This document shows, one piece after another, positions 9,858-22,454 of a stretch of DNA of 32,405 nucleotides. Each line of letters starts with the position of its first letter. Positions within the stretch are counted from its first letter, which is position 1. Location: contig RBNJ01000350.1 in NCBI GenBank assembly GCA_003990765.1, positions 1-32,405 on the forward strand, read 5' to 3'. The notes under the pieces are model-generated. The model saw only the letters and a list, made by a program, of their open reading frames with translations, made no database searches and had not been told where the DNA came from. A program made the translations under genes and the position numbers. Source of the DNA: Jimgerdemannia flammicorona (Eukaryota).

Positions 9858-11770
9858 TAGAGATAAGAATGACAATATCTGCTGGATTCCAATACTCTGA
9901 TGTATGACAGAATTTGTTAAAAATTAGTCCACAAAATATATTATGTCGTTTTTATAATCGTGTCCGACGCCGGCGCCGCAAAATAAATATGATCGTAGTG
10001 AAACACGACTACATATTTGGTTTAAAAAGGTTATGTCTGTGTGGATGTGAAACATTAACTTGAAACGTGTAATTTGAACGCGTCGACTTCCAAACTAGAC
10101 TGCCGCTATATGCACGTTCTGGCCAGTAATGGAAGGACCACTCCAGCGCACGTATAGAGGGCCACACCATAAGGAGCGACACAAGCCAACACGTGTTTTT
10201 CCCCGGGCTTAGGCGGGCATAAGGGAAAGAGGGTCGAGAAGATACGCAAAAGGCAGCGTTTGGCTTTATGTACCTTGACCCAGATTGTTAAGCAATAATG
10301 TAATTACAACGACCTCCCCCCTCCCCCCTCCCCCCACTCAGAAACGAAGTGACTGTGACTCCGCATTTGGCCACGTGGATTTCCTGCTTTACACGCCATG
10401 CTGACCGTGACCGCACGGCACAATCCACCCCCCAAAAACTCCCCTACCCTCCTTTAGCCCTGGGTCCGAATCATCCGACACCCCTGGCGGCATTTCCGTT
10501 GGACATTCGAGAGTGAAAAGCAGTAACTTAAAAATCGGGTTATTTGCTGCGGGCCCCGTGCTTCCCTCTCCCCCACCGAATGTTAACAGCTCAATGGTTT
10601 GCTACGACAGTAATAATTAAAAGCGTTGGGTGGTCGATAATGGATGTCCGCGGAGATATTTACGACGTTTAGTCGCATGGCGATTTAAACCGAACAAGGT
10701 TCTTATTGTTTGCTTGATTGGGTGATGCATAAATGTTCATCCCTTTTTTAGCCACACGACGTCAAAGTTCCACCGGCGACATTACCGACATGCGATACTC
10801 CCCACTGGAACAGTTTGCAATCCGAAAACTCTGCCAACTCATCCAATGCATGGAGTTGCTCGAATTGGGCGACACGGTCGGTTGCAATAGTGTTATTGTT
10901 GGCGAGGCCGCAGAGTTGCTCCTTTCCTACTTCTTTTCATTCTTTGCATATTTTCCTCACACTCGCTTGCATTCTGAAAATGTACGGCATCAATCAGTCA
11001 CGCCAACTCCGAGGGCATCACACCACACGTCTCATGTGATGACACATGCACCAGACCCCGTGCGAATATATTTTAGTCCATGCTTCTGTTTACTGACTTA
11101 TGCTACTGTTTACTAACTTTTAGCACAGTGACATGGAAGGAAATCTGTGACACGGAAGGAATAGTCATACTAAGCCACTAAGGTAAGATTTTAAAAGTGG
11201 CCGCACGGCTTACGCAATTTATTTGTCAGGTCGATCAGGGCGCGTCCCAGAATAACTTTCTCCATTGACCGAGTTGGGCACGCTAACGAAATAGCGAAAC
11301 CTGGAAAATAACAATTCCGCTTCTGTACACGTATATATTTTCCGTCGGACATGACATGGACACTTCGATATTTGTGCGGGTGCTCGAATGACTCGGCGTA
11401 AACGCCACCATTTGTAATGCCTCTGTCATTCGCAGGCCAGTAATGGAGGTTTACATGCACAATTTCGTTCCTGATTTCCTTCTAGTAATTCTTTGTATCT
11501 TTGTATCCATCAGATGATGACCATAACGAAGCTGAGCCGCCTGCGCAGCATTTCCACAGCTTCTATTTGTCTGTGTCGCGCTTGAAATGGTGGCTGTTGA
11601 CACTCGGTTTTCCGAATGACCCTGGCGGCACGCGAGTGGCTGTGCGGGTCGGGAGAGAGGCGAAAGCGCTGGATTTGATTCCCCTACCGAACCTCATAAA
11701 TGGGGCATCAACCCCCTCCTCGCCTCGCAATCCCTTCTCATCAAATTCCATCCCACCACCGCCCTTATTT

Positions 11771-13742
11771 ATGACTGAAATATTCAACAAGCTCGAGCAC
11801 ACAATCAGGGATCGTTTCCGGGGCGCCAAGGACTTCCTCACTGGCCACGCGCCCGAGACCAATGTTCCTTGGCACAACTGGGCGGGCAATCAAAGGTGTA
11901 CGCCGGCCAAAACGTTTCACCCGCGCACCGTCGACGACCTCAAGGGAATTGTGAAGATGGCCAAGGACGAGGGCCGGGGCATACGCTGCGTGGCCGAGGG
12001 CCATAGCTGGAGTAGCATCAGTAATACCAACGGGTACCTGGTGAACGTGACGGAGATGGACGATGTGGTTGTCCAGAGGAGCGACACCCATGGATGGACC
12101 GTCACCGCCGGTTCGGGTGAGCTTTCGGTGGATGTGTTTCGTTTTACAGGAACCCGGAGTTTGTGTTCATGTTTGCGAATCCGCCAAACCCATATGCTAT
12201 TGCTCCCTGCAGGTGCCACACTTAGTAAACTGGACGAAACGCTCAAGGCGCACAACCCGCCGCTCACACTTGTATCAGCGACGGTGCTGGATAACGGTTT
12301 GTATTCTTAATTTTGCTTGGTTCTGTTGCAGTGAATAAACCACCGTAAACCCGATGAAGTTCTGACATTTGGCATTCATGTTTAATAGTAAGGGTAGGCG
12401 GTATCGTTGCGACCGGCTCCCACGGAGCCACGACCTGGTCGCGTACCATCCCGGAGCAGGTCGTCTCCATGATAATTGTTACGGCGGACGGCGAGGAGCA
12501 CGAGTTCTCGGACGAGATCGACCTCGTTGAGATGAGCGCCGCCCGCGTCAACCTAGGTAAGGCCGTGTGGGGTGAGACAGACCTTATTAATTATTATTAT
12601 TATTATTACAGATACCTGTTTTCCCACCGGATTTTTTTTTTTTTTTTTTGCGCTGCAGGCCTCCTTGGCATCATCTACACGGTCACCTTCCGTGTCCAAC
12701 CGATGTACCACCTTCGTATGATCGACTTCTTCCCGCCGATCACGTCGTGGCTGAACGCTGCGACGCTCAAGGAGATAGTGAACAGATCCGAGGCTGTGGA
12801 GGTGTTCTACTGGCCATTCAATAGCGGCGACCTAACTGCGACGCATGACAAGCTGTGGGTGAAGCAGTGGGTGCGAACGGAGGACCCTGTAACACAGTCG
12901 CAGGACTTCCTGCGGGCCGAGCGGATCGGCCAACAACTTTCGGTGTCATTCAGCGACAAGCTATACGAGTTCCTTCCTACTCATCCCTCCGCCACGCCCC
13001 ATCTTTGTCGTCTGCTCTTCGAGGCCGGGTTGAAGTCCGCCGACAATGTGTTGCTCGCCCCTGATGCAATCCATTACCAGCATGGCATAGATGGGATTCC
13101 GTGCTGGGACTTGGAATTCGCTTTTAAGGTGAACGAGGATTTTTCTAACGTGGTGGAAGGAGTGAGCATGATCATTGACAAGGTACGGGTCTTTACTATT
13201 CTGTTTCTAATAGAAAGCCCTTCTTACCTGCTCCTGCTATGGGCAAATTTAACTTACCTATCTGATCTTTACACAAATCACACATTCATGACTGCTCCTC
13301 CACACAGGTCTACCAGAACGCCAAGAAGAACAAGTTCCCTTTCAATCTCACGGCCGAATTTCGCCTTTGCAAGTCTTCACAGGCTTTCTTGTCGTCTGCG
13401 TACGACACGGACCCGGATGCGATCTACTGCTTCCTGGAGGTTCTGGCAATAAAGGGCACCGGCGGGTTCGACACGTTCTCTGCGGAGCTCGGCGACGCCT
13501 GGATGAAGCAGTTCGGCGCGCGGCCGCACTGGGCCAAGATGTGGGAGCACGTGCCGGGCGTGCACGCACGACTTCGCACGCAGCCAGGCAATGCGGATAG
13601 GTTCGCCAAGTTTGACACTGTGAGGAGGAAGTACGACCCGAAAGGGATGTTCTTTGGGAATCCGTCGCTGAAGGCCGTTCTTCTCGGGGAGAAGTTGCCC
13701 TCCGGGTTCAACTCCAAAGCGGTTGCCGGGTTTAAACGATGA
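11771..13742 (+). CDS. FAD-linked aldonolactone oxidase (D-arabinono-1,4-lactone oxidase / L-gulonolactone oxidase family), 518 aa, 5 exons (11771-12116, 12213-12296, 12389-12556, 12659-13182, 13308-13742)
   Basis: Motifs WHNWAG, EGHSWS (His for covalent FAD), VGGIVATGSHG, NLGLLGII, EFR, RPHWAK and YDPKGMF. All introns are GT-AG; spliced length is 1557 nt, in frame. Confidence 0.92.
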
Positions 13743-15187
13743 AAAGCTTCGTTTTTGTATTTGCTTGCTGTAATTGTTCGATGTATTCGATGTGTTTAAT
13801 TTTGTATAATCTCACTTTTTTATTTTCGTCACATCAAGGTGTATGGATATATTATCCTATCCACTTTATAATTTTTTCATGGCGCATTGCTTTATTGTGC
13901 ATTCGGTAACGTGGTCTTCAAAGACAACACGTTGCTAGAAATAAATAGTCTGAGCGAACGATTTTAATAAAGGCCGTAATTATTTAGAAAATAGAGGGAG
14001 ATGACCGCGAGGACGTCACCAATGCTCTTGGGACCACTACTAATTACCGCGCTCCCCAAGATTGTTCAATGCGAGTTCTCCAACGAGCGGGCGCATTCGA
14101 GTATCCAGTGCAGGACCGAGTGGGACCGCGCAACTTGCGACGTTTGTTGGACGTATGACAATTACGAAGAGCACTTAACAGTTGGCCAGAAGCATGACCT
14201 CGAACGGGGACAAGACGCGGTTCGGGATGTCGCGACTGCAGTTTTACGTGGCAAGTGAGATCCGCGCATGAGGATTTCTATCGCCATCGTCGCCCGCCAT
14301 GTATGTAATTGGCATATCTTTCGCATAGCAGTAGGTTGGTAATTCAGCGCATATAGAAACTTGTCAAGGGGGATGTTCTTCCTTTCTATCTTTTTTTTTT
14401 GTTTTTTTGTTTTTTTTTTAATACAATCCCGAGGCGCTTGCAAGGTTTGTTGAGCGAAACCGGTGTTTCGGTTTCCGGAAAGATTGTAGTTGAGGCGGTC
14501 GGTAGGAGCCGAGTCACAAACCACACAGCCGCAAATAGTTGACGTAGTGCTAAAAACTTGGAGAACGGCGCGCTGCCCAATCGTCGAAGACGAAAGGGAT
14601 TTCGGGGGAATTTCGTGACGGTCAATGGTGACCCGCAACATCCGCAACTTGAACTTGACATGGGTGAGGGTTTCGGTGGGAACAGCCCGATGGTTGCATG
14701 CCGCATGTGTATATACATTTGAATGGATAAATAATAATTCATGGCACCAAAATTCAGCCGCTTCACATACAGTGATATGCAAAGATATCCGATTGCTCAA
14801 ACGTTCATTAAAAAAAAAAAAAGTATTGTATACAGAGAATAAAAATGTACTGAAAGGCAGGAACCTAGCGTCATTAAGACGAAACCCAATCTCGATATTA
14901 TGTCGTAACATACCGTTGTCGATAGATCGATTTCGGCAGTTTATTACACCCCCCCAAAAAAAGAGTACAGTGCAAACAATCAAACATTTTTTTGCCCAAT
15001 ATTAACTACCTCTACCTCATCCACAACAAGGACAGTATGATGAGTGATGCAATAAAATCCGCCAATTGTCCAGCGCAACTACTAGGTAGAAAATATATTC
15101 GATACACAAAAAAAAAAAAAAATAAAAAATCTCCCTCATATCGTTCAGTACATTTTTTTTCGAGATACAAGGTGAAATCAACGCCAT

Positions 15188-15708
15188 CTACGTCAGTTTT
15201 TTTCTAAACCACCGTTTTGCACATGAATCTAGAGGAAAGGGGTAAAGCGGAAAGTGAGAAGTACGTCGCCGTTATATTTGGCGACTAATGCACCCAAACA
15301 TTCTCTCCACCAGTAATTGCTTCTAATAAACGGCCGACGCTCTTAACCGACCGCAACACCGCGCTCATAATATAAAATGAAACCCCCGTAGAACAACCTT
15401 CAACCCATACAACAGCAGGCGATGTCTACATTTAAAACCTACCAGTTCTCTTCTCCGGATCACATTGGCATTTGAGCTGCAACTCGGGCTGGAGAGGGCA
15501 GTGCGTGAATGGGGATTTACGGTATCCCATATCGTCAAAGTAATGGATCTCAGAGGGGCTTAATAGCATCGTCGCAGCAATGGAGTGGACAGCGGCGTCG
15601 CTCCATCTGTTGATAGATGTTGGGAATGAACATGCCAGATTTGTGAGTCATGACGACATAATGCGTTGCCATTTCTGAGGCAATCGATATATATATATCA
15701 ATCATCAA

Positions 15709-15742
<34 letters not shown>

Positions 15743-17106
15743 ATCACGCATCACCACGCGCTTTCGAAACACGAAACTTACCTTTCGTAGAAGAACCCGC
15801 CCGTCCGATCCAGATACTCAAAGAAACGAAGATACGCTGAAGACCTGAAGAAATTCAAGCTGCCGATCTCAAGATTCGACCCGAAATAACACGTGTTATA
15901 CGTGCGACCATCATCGTCTGAAATAAAATCAAGTCGATTCTTCTTGGGAATGAGAGAGGAGTATTGACGCATGAAGGATTTCACCGTTTTCCAGAGCGTC
16001 GACATAGTTTGCTCCGAATCGTTGAGCGCAAGAGTCCAACCTAGGAAGGAGGCAAGAAGACGTTGCTTAGGTGGAGAAGTGGTAATTCCTCATGGTAACG
16101 TCGACTACGCTGACTCACTCCACACTTTTTTTTCTTTTTAGACTGTTACTTACTAAACTTGATGTCATTTTCTTCCATAAACACGAACGGATCATAATCA
16201 ATATTGCACAAGAATTCGACAGAGGGGTCAATGCGCCAATAATAATCGTAGCCATTGAGTAGCGGATGGCGAAAGAAGAACCCTGCATTATAGCTATGGA
16301 AAATATAGTCGAAGAAGTCAGTCGGAGAGACAACATGGATAAACGCTTAACAGAAATCAGCCAGGGTGCCGACTACATGTTCCTTTTTCGTATCTCCGTA
16401 AACTCCACACGCGCTCTTCACGCTTCCACAGTAACACTCACCGGGCCGTTAGCTGATATGACAGGCTCCCGCCATGCACAACCCGATTTCTGTCGGCTTG
16501 CTCTTCGTCTACCCAGGGCGGGTAACTAAAATCGTGGTCGGGGAAATAGCCTGGGGTAGATGATCGATAGTTTCTGTTAGAGTCAGTGTACATTTGTTTC
16601 TATGCGACGAAGGTGAGCCTCAGTCTGTCCATCCGGCAGCGCTCGTTCTGGTTCAGATTCCAAGCAGACACGTCGCGGTTTCAAGTAAAAAACATTTAGG
16701 ACGCACCGTAATGTGTGGTAGCCTCCGTCAAGTCGGTTGTGGCTTTGCGGAACTTTGTTGAGAATCCCTCCTCGTCGAGAAACAGGTAGGGGTACTTGTA
16801 TACAGAGTTAAACTTGGTCTCGACCTGTTTCATGGTGTGCCGGACGGCATCAAACTCAGAGTCGCCGCCAATGATCACGATTATGGCGTTGGCCTGTTTG
16901 GACAAGTTGTGCCATGGTGCCAGAGGTTCGAACGGGTCATCATGGGCGACGTTGGGGTGCTTCCGGGGCTTCGTAAGGGGGGCAGGTACGTGATCTAGCG
17001 CTCCTTGACCGGCAAAGTCCGAGGTGTAGAAAAAGTAGACGAGCAGCACGAGGACGAGCAAGGTGATGGTAAGGGGTCGGACCTTGACGGTGATAGCGTG
17101 GGCCAT
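15188..17106 (-). CDS. GT15 (KRE2/MNT1/KTR family) alpha-1,2-mannosyltransferase homologue, 370 aa, 6 exons (17106-16707, 16550-16442, 16293-16154, 16040-15782, 15606-15443, 15228-15188)
   Basis: Type II membrane anchor. Motifs KFNSVYKYPYLFL, GFFFRHPLL..YDYYWRIDP, TLWKTV, GGFFYERWSDAAVHSIAA, HCP..KCQCDP and DSCAKRW. Spliced length is 1113 nt, in frame; the last exon is the least certain. Confidence 0.9.
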
Positions 17107-17569
17107 TGTTGTAGAAATGACAGGGGGGACGTCAACGATTTTCCAAGACGGCGCTCACCCTCCAAAGATGGTCTTCGCGCCACGGTCCTTCGATTGGCGG
17201 ACGGAATTCGCATATATATAATTAGCGCATAGCGGACTTTTCTTTTTTGAGTGCTCACGATAATACCGAAGACAGAAGACGAGGAATTCCCGTGTCACAC
17301 CATTGTCCCATTGTCGAATAAAAAATCAACGTCCGCCGGTCAAGTGCAAAAGTTACTTCTTTTAATTGCAAAAGTCAACCGTCTACCCCCAAAGTAAAAC
17401 ATTGTCAATAAGAACCCATTTCTCTACCATTTCTCTACCAGTCCCCTAACACCTTGAACACAGGCGGGATTATGGCAGGAAATTTATTCCTCGCGTAAAC
17501 AAAAGATAACACAGCTTGTTCATGTACATATTTGATTTCAAATACTCGCGGCATACCATTGCGGGTAGG

Positions 17570-17783
17570 TCACCTGTCAAGTTTGCCAGAGGACTTTTCG
17601 GCTTTCTAAAAAATGTGTTTTGTCGTCAGAGCGGGATCCAAAAGTCTGTTTTCGAAAATAACGAGAGGCACGTTGTACCTTGGCTTTGTGCGCCTTCTGC
17701 TCCTCCTTCTTCTCCGTTTTTGACTTTGGTCGGTTCTTCTCGGCCTTCGACTTTGGGGCTTCCTTTTCTGTCTTGGGAGGCAT
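17570..17783 (-). CDS. Putative 46-aa Lys/Glu-rich micropeptide, 2 coding exons (17783-17679, 17605-17570)
   Basis: MPPKTEKEAPKSKAEKNRPKSKTEKKEEQKAHKAK joined to KAEKSSGKLDR* by a 73-nt phase-0 intron (weak donor GTACAA, ctgac branch site, ttttttag acceptor). Upstream are TATATAA (17945-17939) and a 5'-UTR intron starting GTGAGT at 17856. Confidence 0.5.
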
Positions 17784-18782
17784 GGCTGCAACAAGTTCCT
17801 ATTAGTAAACTGGATCTAGGTACATCACGGACAACGACTGATGACGTTTGACTCACCGATGTGTTGTTGGTTGGTATAAAAGGGTTGCAGAGAGAATGAG
17901 CAGAGGTCGTTTTTAGCGCGCCAGACGGACGAACAGTCTTATATACCAACGAAATTGGGTGTGAAGCGTGACGGGTTTGAACAATCACTTTCGCTGCTGA
18001 CAACCTCTATTCTCACGGCTCCTGCGTCGTCTGACCGAATTAGCACACGGTGCATCGTGTCGCAAGTTTCACTCATTCGTATTTCTTTGTTCATGAATGT
18101 TATTGAAAGGACTGCGTCAGCATGCTGGTTGAGGAACAACGCCTAGTTTCATTTCGGAATCATAGAACAGGAATATCAGTCCACAACGTTGGAATCGTTG
18201 GAACCTCAGCTGGCAGGGTTGCATTGTTTATACGTGTGCCCGAAACGGAGCCCCTGTGCATAAGACAAACACCACGTGGGCTCCATAGTTTCACTCGAAA
18301 ATGCCGAAAGGCGTCATGTTGGGGCGATTATGGTGCAACCATGACGAATCTGGTCTCCGGCATATTGTCACATTCTCCCATGGTCTTAAACGCAAGATAC
18401 TTAGTCGCATTGCATTATACGCTACTGTTTTATTCAAAATTGGGACTGGGGCAAGCTAACCATAATACATTCCTCATCTACGCCAAACGATTCTCTATTA
18501 TCACGTGACATACAATAATGGCTCAAGCCACATGCTTTCTAGAACGTCGTACTATCCAATCCAATTGTCACTTGTACAAGTTGAGCTAGAATCTTGGGAT
18601 GACGTGTATATATATACGATAACTTAGGAGCATAATAACAACCGTTGAGTAAATTAAATTAACGTTTTAGCGTATCTTCAAACAAAATAAATGAAAAGTA
18701 TCTTCAAATAAAATAAATGAAAAGTCAATGTTTTTGTTGCACGGTTTTCCAAAAAAAAAAAAAAAAAAAAAAAAAAGGTTTC

Positions 18783-20250
18783 TCAGGCCAAAGGACGCCT
18801 TCCCAGCACGGCATGCCAATTAGTGTACGATCTCGAATCCCGGAGCTTGTTGACAAGGTCATCGACGTACTCGTCATATTCATCCAAGGTTTTGTTGAGC
18901 GCAGGGGCGAAGACGGTCTTGGTCGCTTGGCCGATCGCCTTGGCGTCGTTGAACCAGATCTCGCTCAATTGTCCGTTCCAACCTAGCTCATATCGGGAAT
19001 TGAAGGTCAGACGAACTATCTGGGCGCTAAATATTGAAAGTAACAGAACCGATAGGGGAATGAATATTCACTTACCGACGGCGATACTCCGCTTCTCGTG
19101 CGTAACAAGTTGGAAACCAGCGGAGGGAACCAAAGCAGCCAAATGAGTCGCCACGTAAGGATCCTGGCCGCCCATTGATAAGATGGAGCACACTACAACA
19201 GCAGATATTTCGGAAGAACAAAGCGTTACGGATCGATCTTGATATAGCCGGTACCCCCCCACCAACCACACCCACGTCGTAAGCACCATACTCGTACGTT
19301 TTTCCATATGCGCGTAACAAGCCGGATCTGCCGTCACATAAGCAACCTCGCTCTCTACTAGCTGGATGAACCCTCCGGGTTTGGTCACGCGAAACAATTC
19401 CGCCAGCACCGCGGGCCACTCGCCCGCGCGCAAACCAAAGATCAGCGATCGCATGTGAACGAAATCAAAGCTCTCATCTTCGAAAGGGAGGCCCTCAAGG
19501 ACGTTACACTTGTGGAAGCTGATGTTAGGAGGGTTCAACGTCTCCGGGAAAATGGGCGACATATCGATCGCATGACATTCCGTATCAGGATGATCTGCCG
19601 CTATGTCCTAGAGGTGAAGGGCGTTAGGAAAGATAACGAAAGCCTCTGTGTGTGTTTTGGCCAAAAGCACACCAAGAGACAAGAGAGATTTACTCACTAT
19701 AATCCATGTTCCCGGACCACAGCTTTAATTTGAAAGGTAACGAGAAGAAAGAACGACAGTGAGCATTCATGGCCTTGGTAAACCAACTCTAATATACGAT
19801 TTCGTGACCTTACCCAACATCAAGAATGGTTGCGTCCTTCCTCGTAAAAACTTGCTCGGCCGCCGAAAGGACCGATCTGTGGATAACAGCAAAACTCGAG
19901 CGTGAATCCCTCATTCAATCACCACAGCTAAACCATACCACAAGAACAATACTTCAAACATACCCTTCAAATATTGACTTCACCAGATAATGCTGCATTA
20001 TCAGGCGGTCTATCTCTTGATTGTCACGCGGCAAGAAATACGAGCTTCCCTTCACTGCATGATACTTGCGCCCCTCCATCCACCGAAAGTCCGGGACATC
20101 GTCGGCAGCAGTGGTGGGGGCGTTCGACGGTCTCACTTCCATGCTGCTGGTCTTGCTTCGCGTTGATGGAGAGAACCGAGGCCATGAGCGTGGTTGGAGT
20201 TTAATTCGACCGCCGGAGCGCCGTTTGATTTTTGACGCCTCAATCCCCAT
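18783..20250 (-). CDS. Class I SAM-dependent methyltransferase (LaeA-like/Methyltransf_23-25 type), 333 aa, 6 exons (20250-19964, 19876-19814, 19722-19698, 19607-19298, 19192-19076, 18982-18783)
   Basis: Motifs GRKYH..YFLPRDNQEIDRL..QHY, motif I ILDVGCGPGTW (split over a 25-nt exon), LPFEDESFDFVHMR and ELFRVTKPGGFIQLVE. Spliced length is 1002 nt, in frame. Confidence 0.92.
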
Positions 20251-20387
20251 TTTGTGTGGGATGCATGCTCTGTGCAATTCAGAATGCACTCCACGAAGCT
20301 GGGCGAAACACAAAACGCTGCCTTTATGTTTGTCAAAGAACATTAAGGTTCCATTGTTCGGAACCCAAGGTCTGGGTGGTCATCTGG

Positions 20388-20388
<1 letters not shown>

Positions 20389-20443
<55 letters not shown>
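20389..20443. repeat. Poly-T tract (55 nt) upstream of the methyltransferase
   Basis: Read directly from the sequence. Confidence 0.95.
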
Positions 20444-20444
<1 letters not shown>

Positions 20445-22454
20445 GTTGCATGGGGTCGTTAACATGCCCCTGGATTGGAGCTTTGCCAATTTTGCGGTTT
20501 GTGCTGCCGACGTTACTCCGGAATGGGTAGATACTGCTCTTCCCGATCTTGAATTTTCCAGATATGGCCATCCTTAGGGCCAATCATTTCCGAACTGATA
20601 GCGGGTAGCATCTTAGAAAGTTTGTGTGAACGTGGCTTGATGGAGAGTTTGGGAACAATACCAATCTACATTATCTTGCAAACCACGGATTTTGGGAAAA
20701 AAAAAAAAAAAAAACCATTAAGAAACCATTGAACCCAACCGTTCAAAGCTTTCCACCAAATGGTGGAAAACACGTCAATGAATTAGTCACAAAACCTTTG
20801 CTGGTTGTGTGACAAACCTTACAAGAGATTTGCTTCCGCTATAATGTTGGTAAGAATAAATCTCACGCCATGCACCTGCATCTCCTCGGAGATAAAAAAA
20901 GATCGTCATCCGGCTTCATGGCAGGGGATCCGCTTTACAGCAACAAGATTTAATTTCCCTTTAAAACGCAATATTTGTTGTGCCAATCATCGATCTACGT
21001 ACGAAAAGGTTTTGCCAACACAAAGGGCCGGTGCGTATGACGACGAATGTGAATTACGTAATATGCGGAACCTGTTCAAGCTTGGTTCTGTTACATGCTT
21101 TGAGCCGTCCACAGTTCTGGGGTAAACCACCCTTCGTGCATGATAAATCGTGCTTGTCGCTACAATACAACTCATACCTGCTTGCTGGGGAATATTATTA
21201 TATGACCACTTCTTAAAAATGTTTTGCCAAGCTTGGTTTATCGGTTGCTTTATCTCTCTCACTCACAAGTATATCGTCGGCAAATGAGCTGCGCTCTACA
21301 AATTCTACATACGCTTTTTTTTTTTGGGGGGGGGAGAGGGGTTTGTTTGTTTGCCGTGTTTAGGCACCAAACCAAACCAAAATAAACAAACATAGCACAC
21401 GATGACATATTTTCATTTCTTACAGAATTAAAAACCTTAAGCTATGACGGATGACATAATCACAGGGCCCTGCTTTGCATAAAAGCAAACGTCATCTAGG
21501 GGATGAATATAAATTCCGCTTGAATAGTTGTAAGCGAAGCATCATTCACCCTCTGAGAATTGCAAAGTTTGGGTTCTAAAGCCAGGGGCCACTGTGGTCA
21601 GCTATTTTTACCGGATGCTATTTATTTGTCATTTACTTTATGCATGCATCGGATCCCATATCCTGCAGAAATGACGGCGCATGCATTCAAGAGCATTTGG
21701 CATACACCGGTTGATCCAAATCCGCGTCGAACATTCTCGACCTGAACACATCCATTCCAACATACCCAGCTGGGAGTACATATAATTTGCGTAGATTAAG
21801 TTTATGTGCGAGTTTTGCGTGCGCGGAGGGCACGTCCGCTTACCACACGCCATGGTTTTCTAGCTTGGCATCTGTTCCTGCATTCACACTCTCGGCGAAT
21901 CCTTGGAGTTAAAGTATGTCATGGGGTGTTTCGATTCATTGACATCTGAAGGTTTGTGTGCAAAAGACTTTTCTGGAACGAATATGGCCCCTCAGCCGGA
22001 CAAATCAACATTTGGGTTAGGTTTAGTGTTTACCTGTCCTTTGAACCGCATATGCTATGTATAATAATGTTCTCTAAATTAATGTGTAATTGTTACAAAT
22101 ATCCTGCCTTAAGCTCACAATCAAAGAGGTGTGTCAACGCGCAAACCATAGGCCACCCTGCCGCTACTAGTGATGTGTTTGTGTATATCCTCGATATTTT
22201 CCTCATCTTATTTTTGACACTCGCCCATTCTCATGACGACATTGACTTTTCTTCCTTTTCGAACTTCTAGAAAAGGTGATCGACATCCCAGAATATCTCT
22301 TTCATGCTCCGTCTCACTCACATCTTTGACAAAAATGATTTTTTTTTTAGTTGTCAACATCGTTTTCGCTGACCGAGGATTAACTCACAAAAATGAGGTC
22401 ACGCAAATTCCGGTTCAGCTGAAAACGCCAATAGAAACTCGATTTTTTTTGGAG

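Noticed and set aside
14001..14983. ORFs 14001-14258 + and 14162-14983 -
   Set aside because: No recognisable motifs, the long ORF runs through A/T homopolymers, and no consistent splice model could be built; at most an unidentifiable relic.
1077..19733. Antisense and alternate-frame ORFs overlapping the five main genes
   Set aside because: These are shadow ORFs expected from GC-rich codon usage, with no independent evidence.
20749..20769. Hairpin tttccacca-aa-tggtggaaa
   Set aside because: An isolated short inverted repeat with no supporting context.
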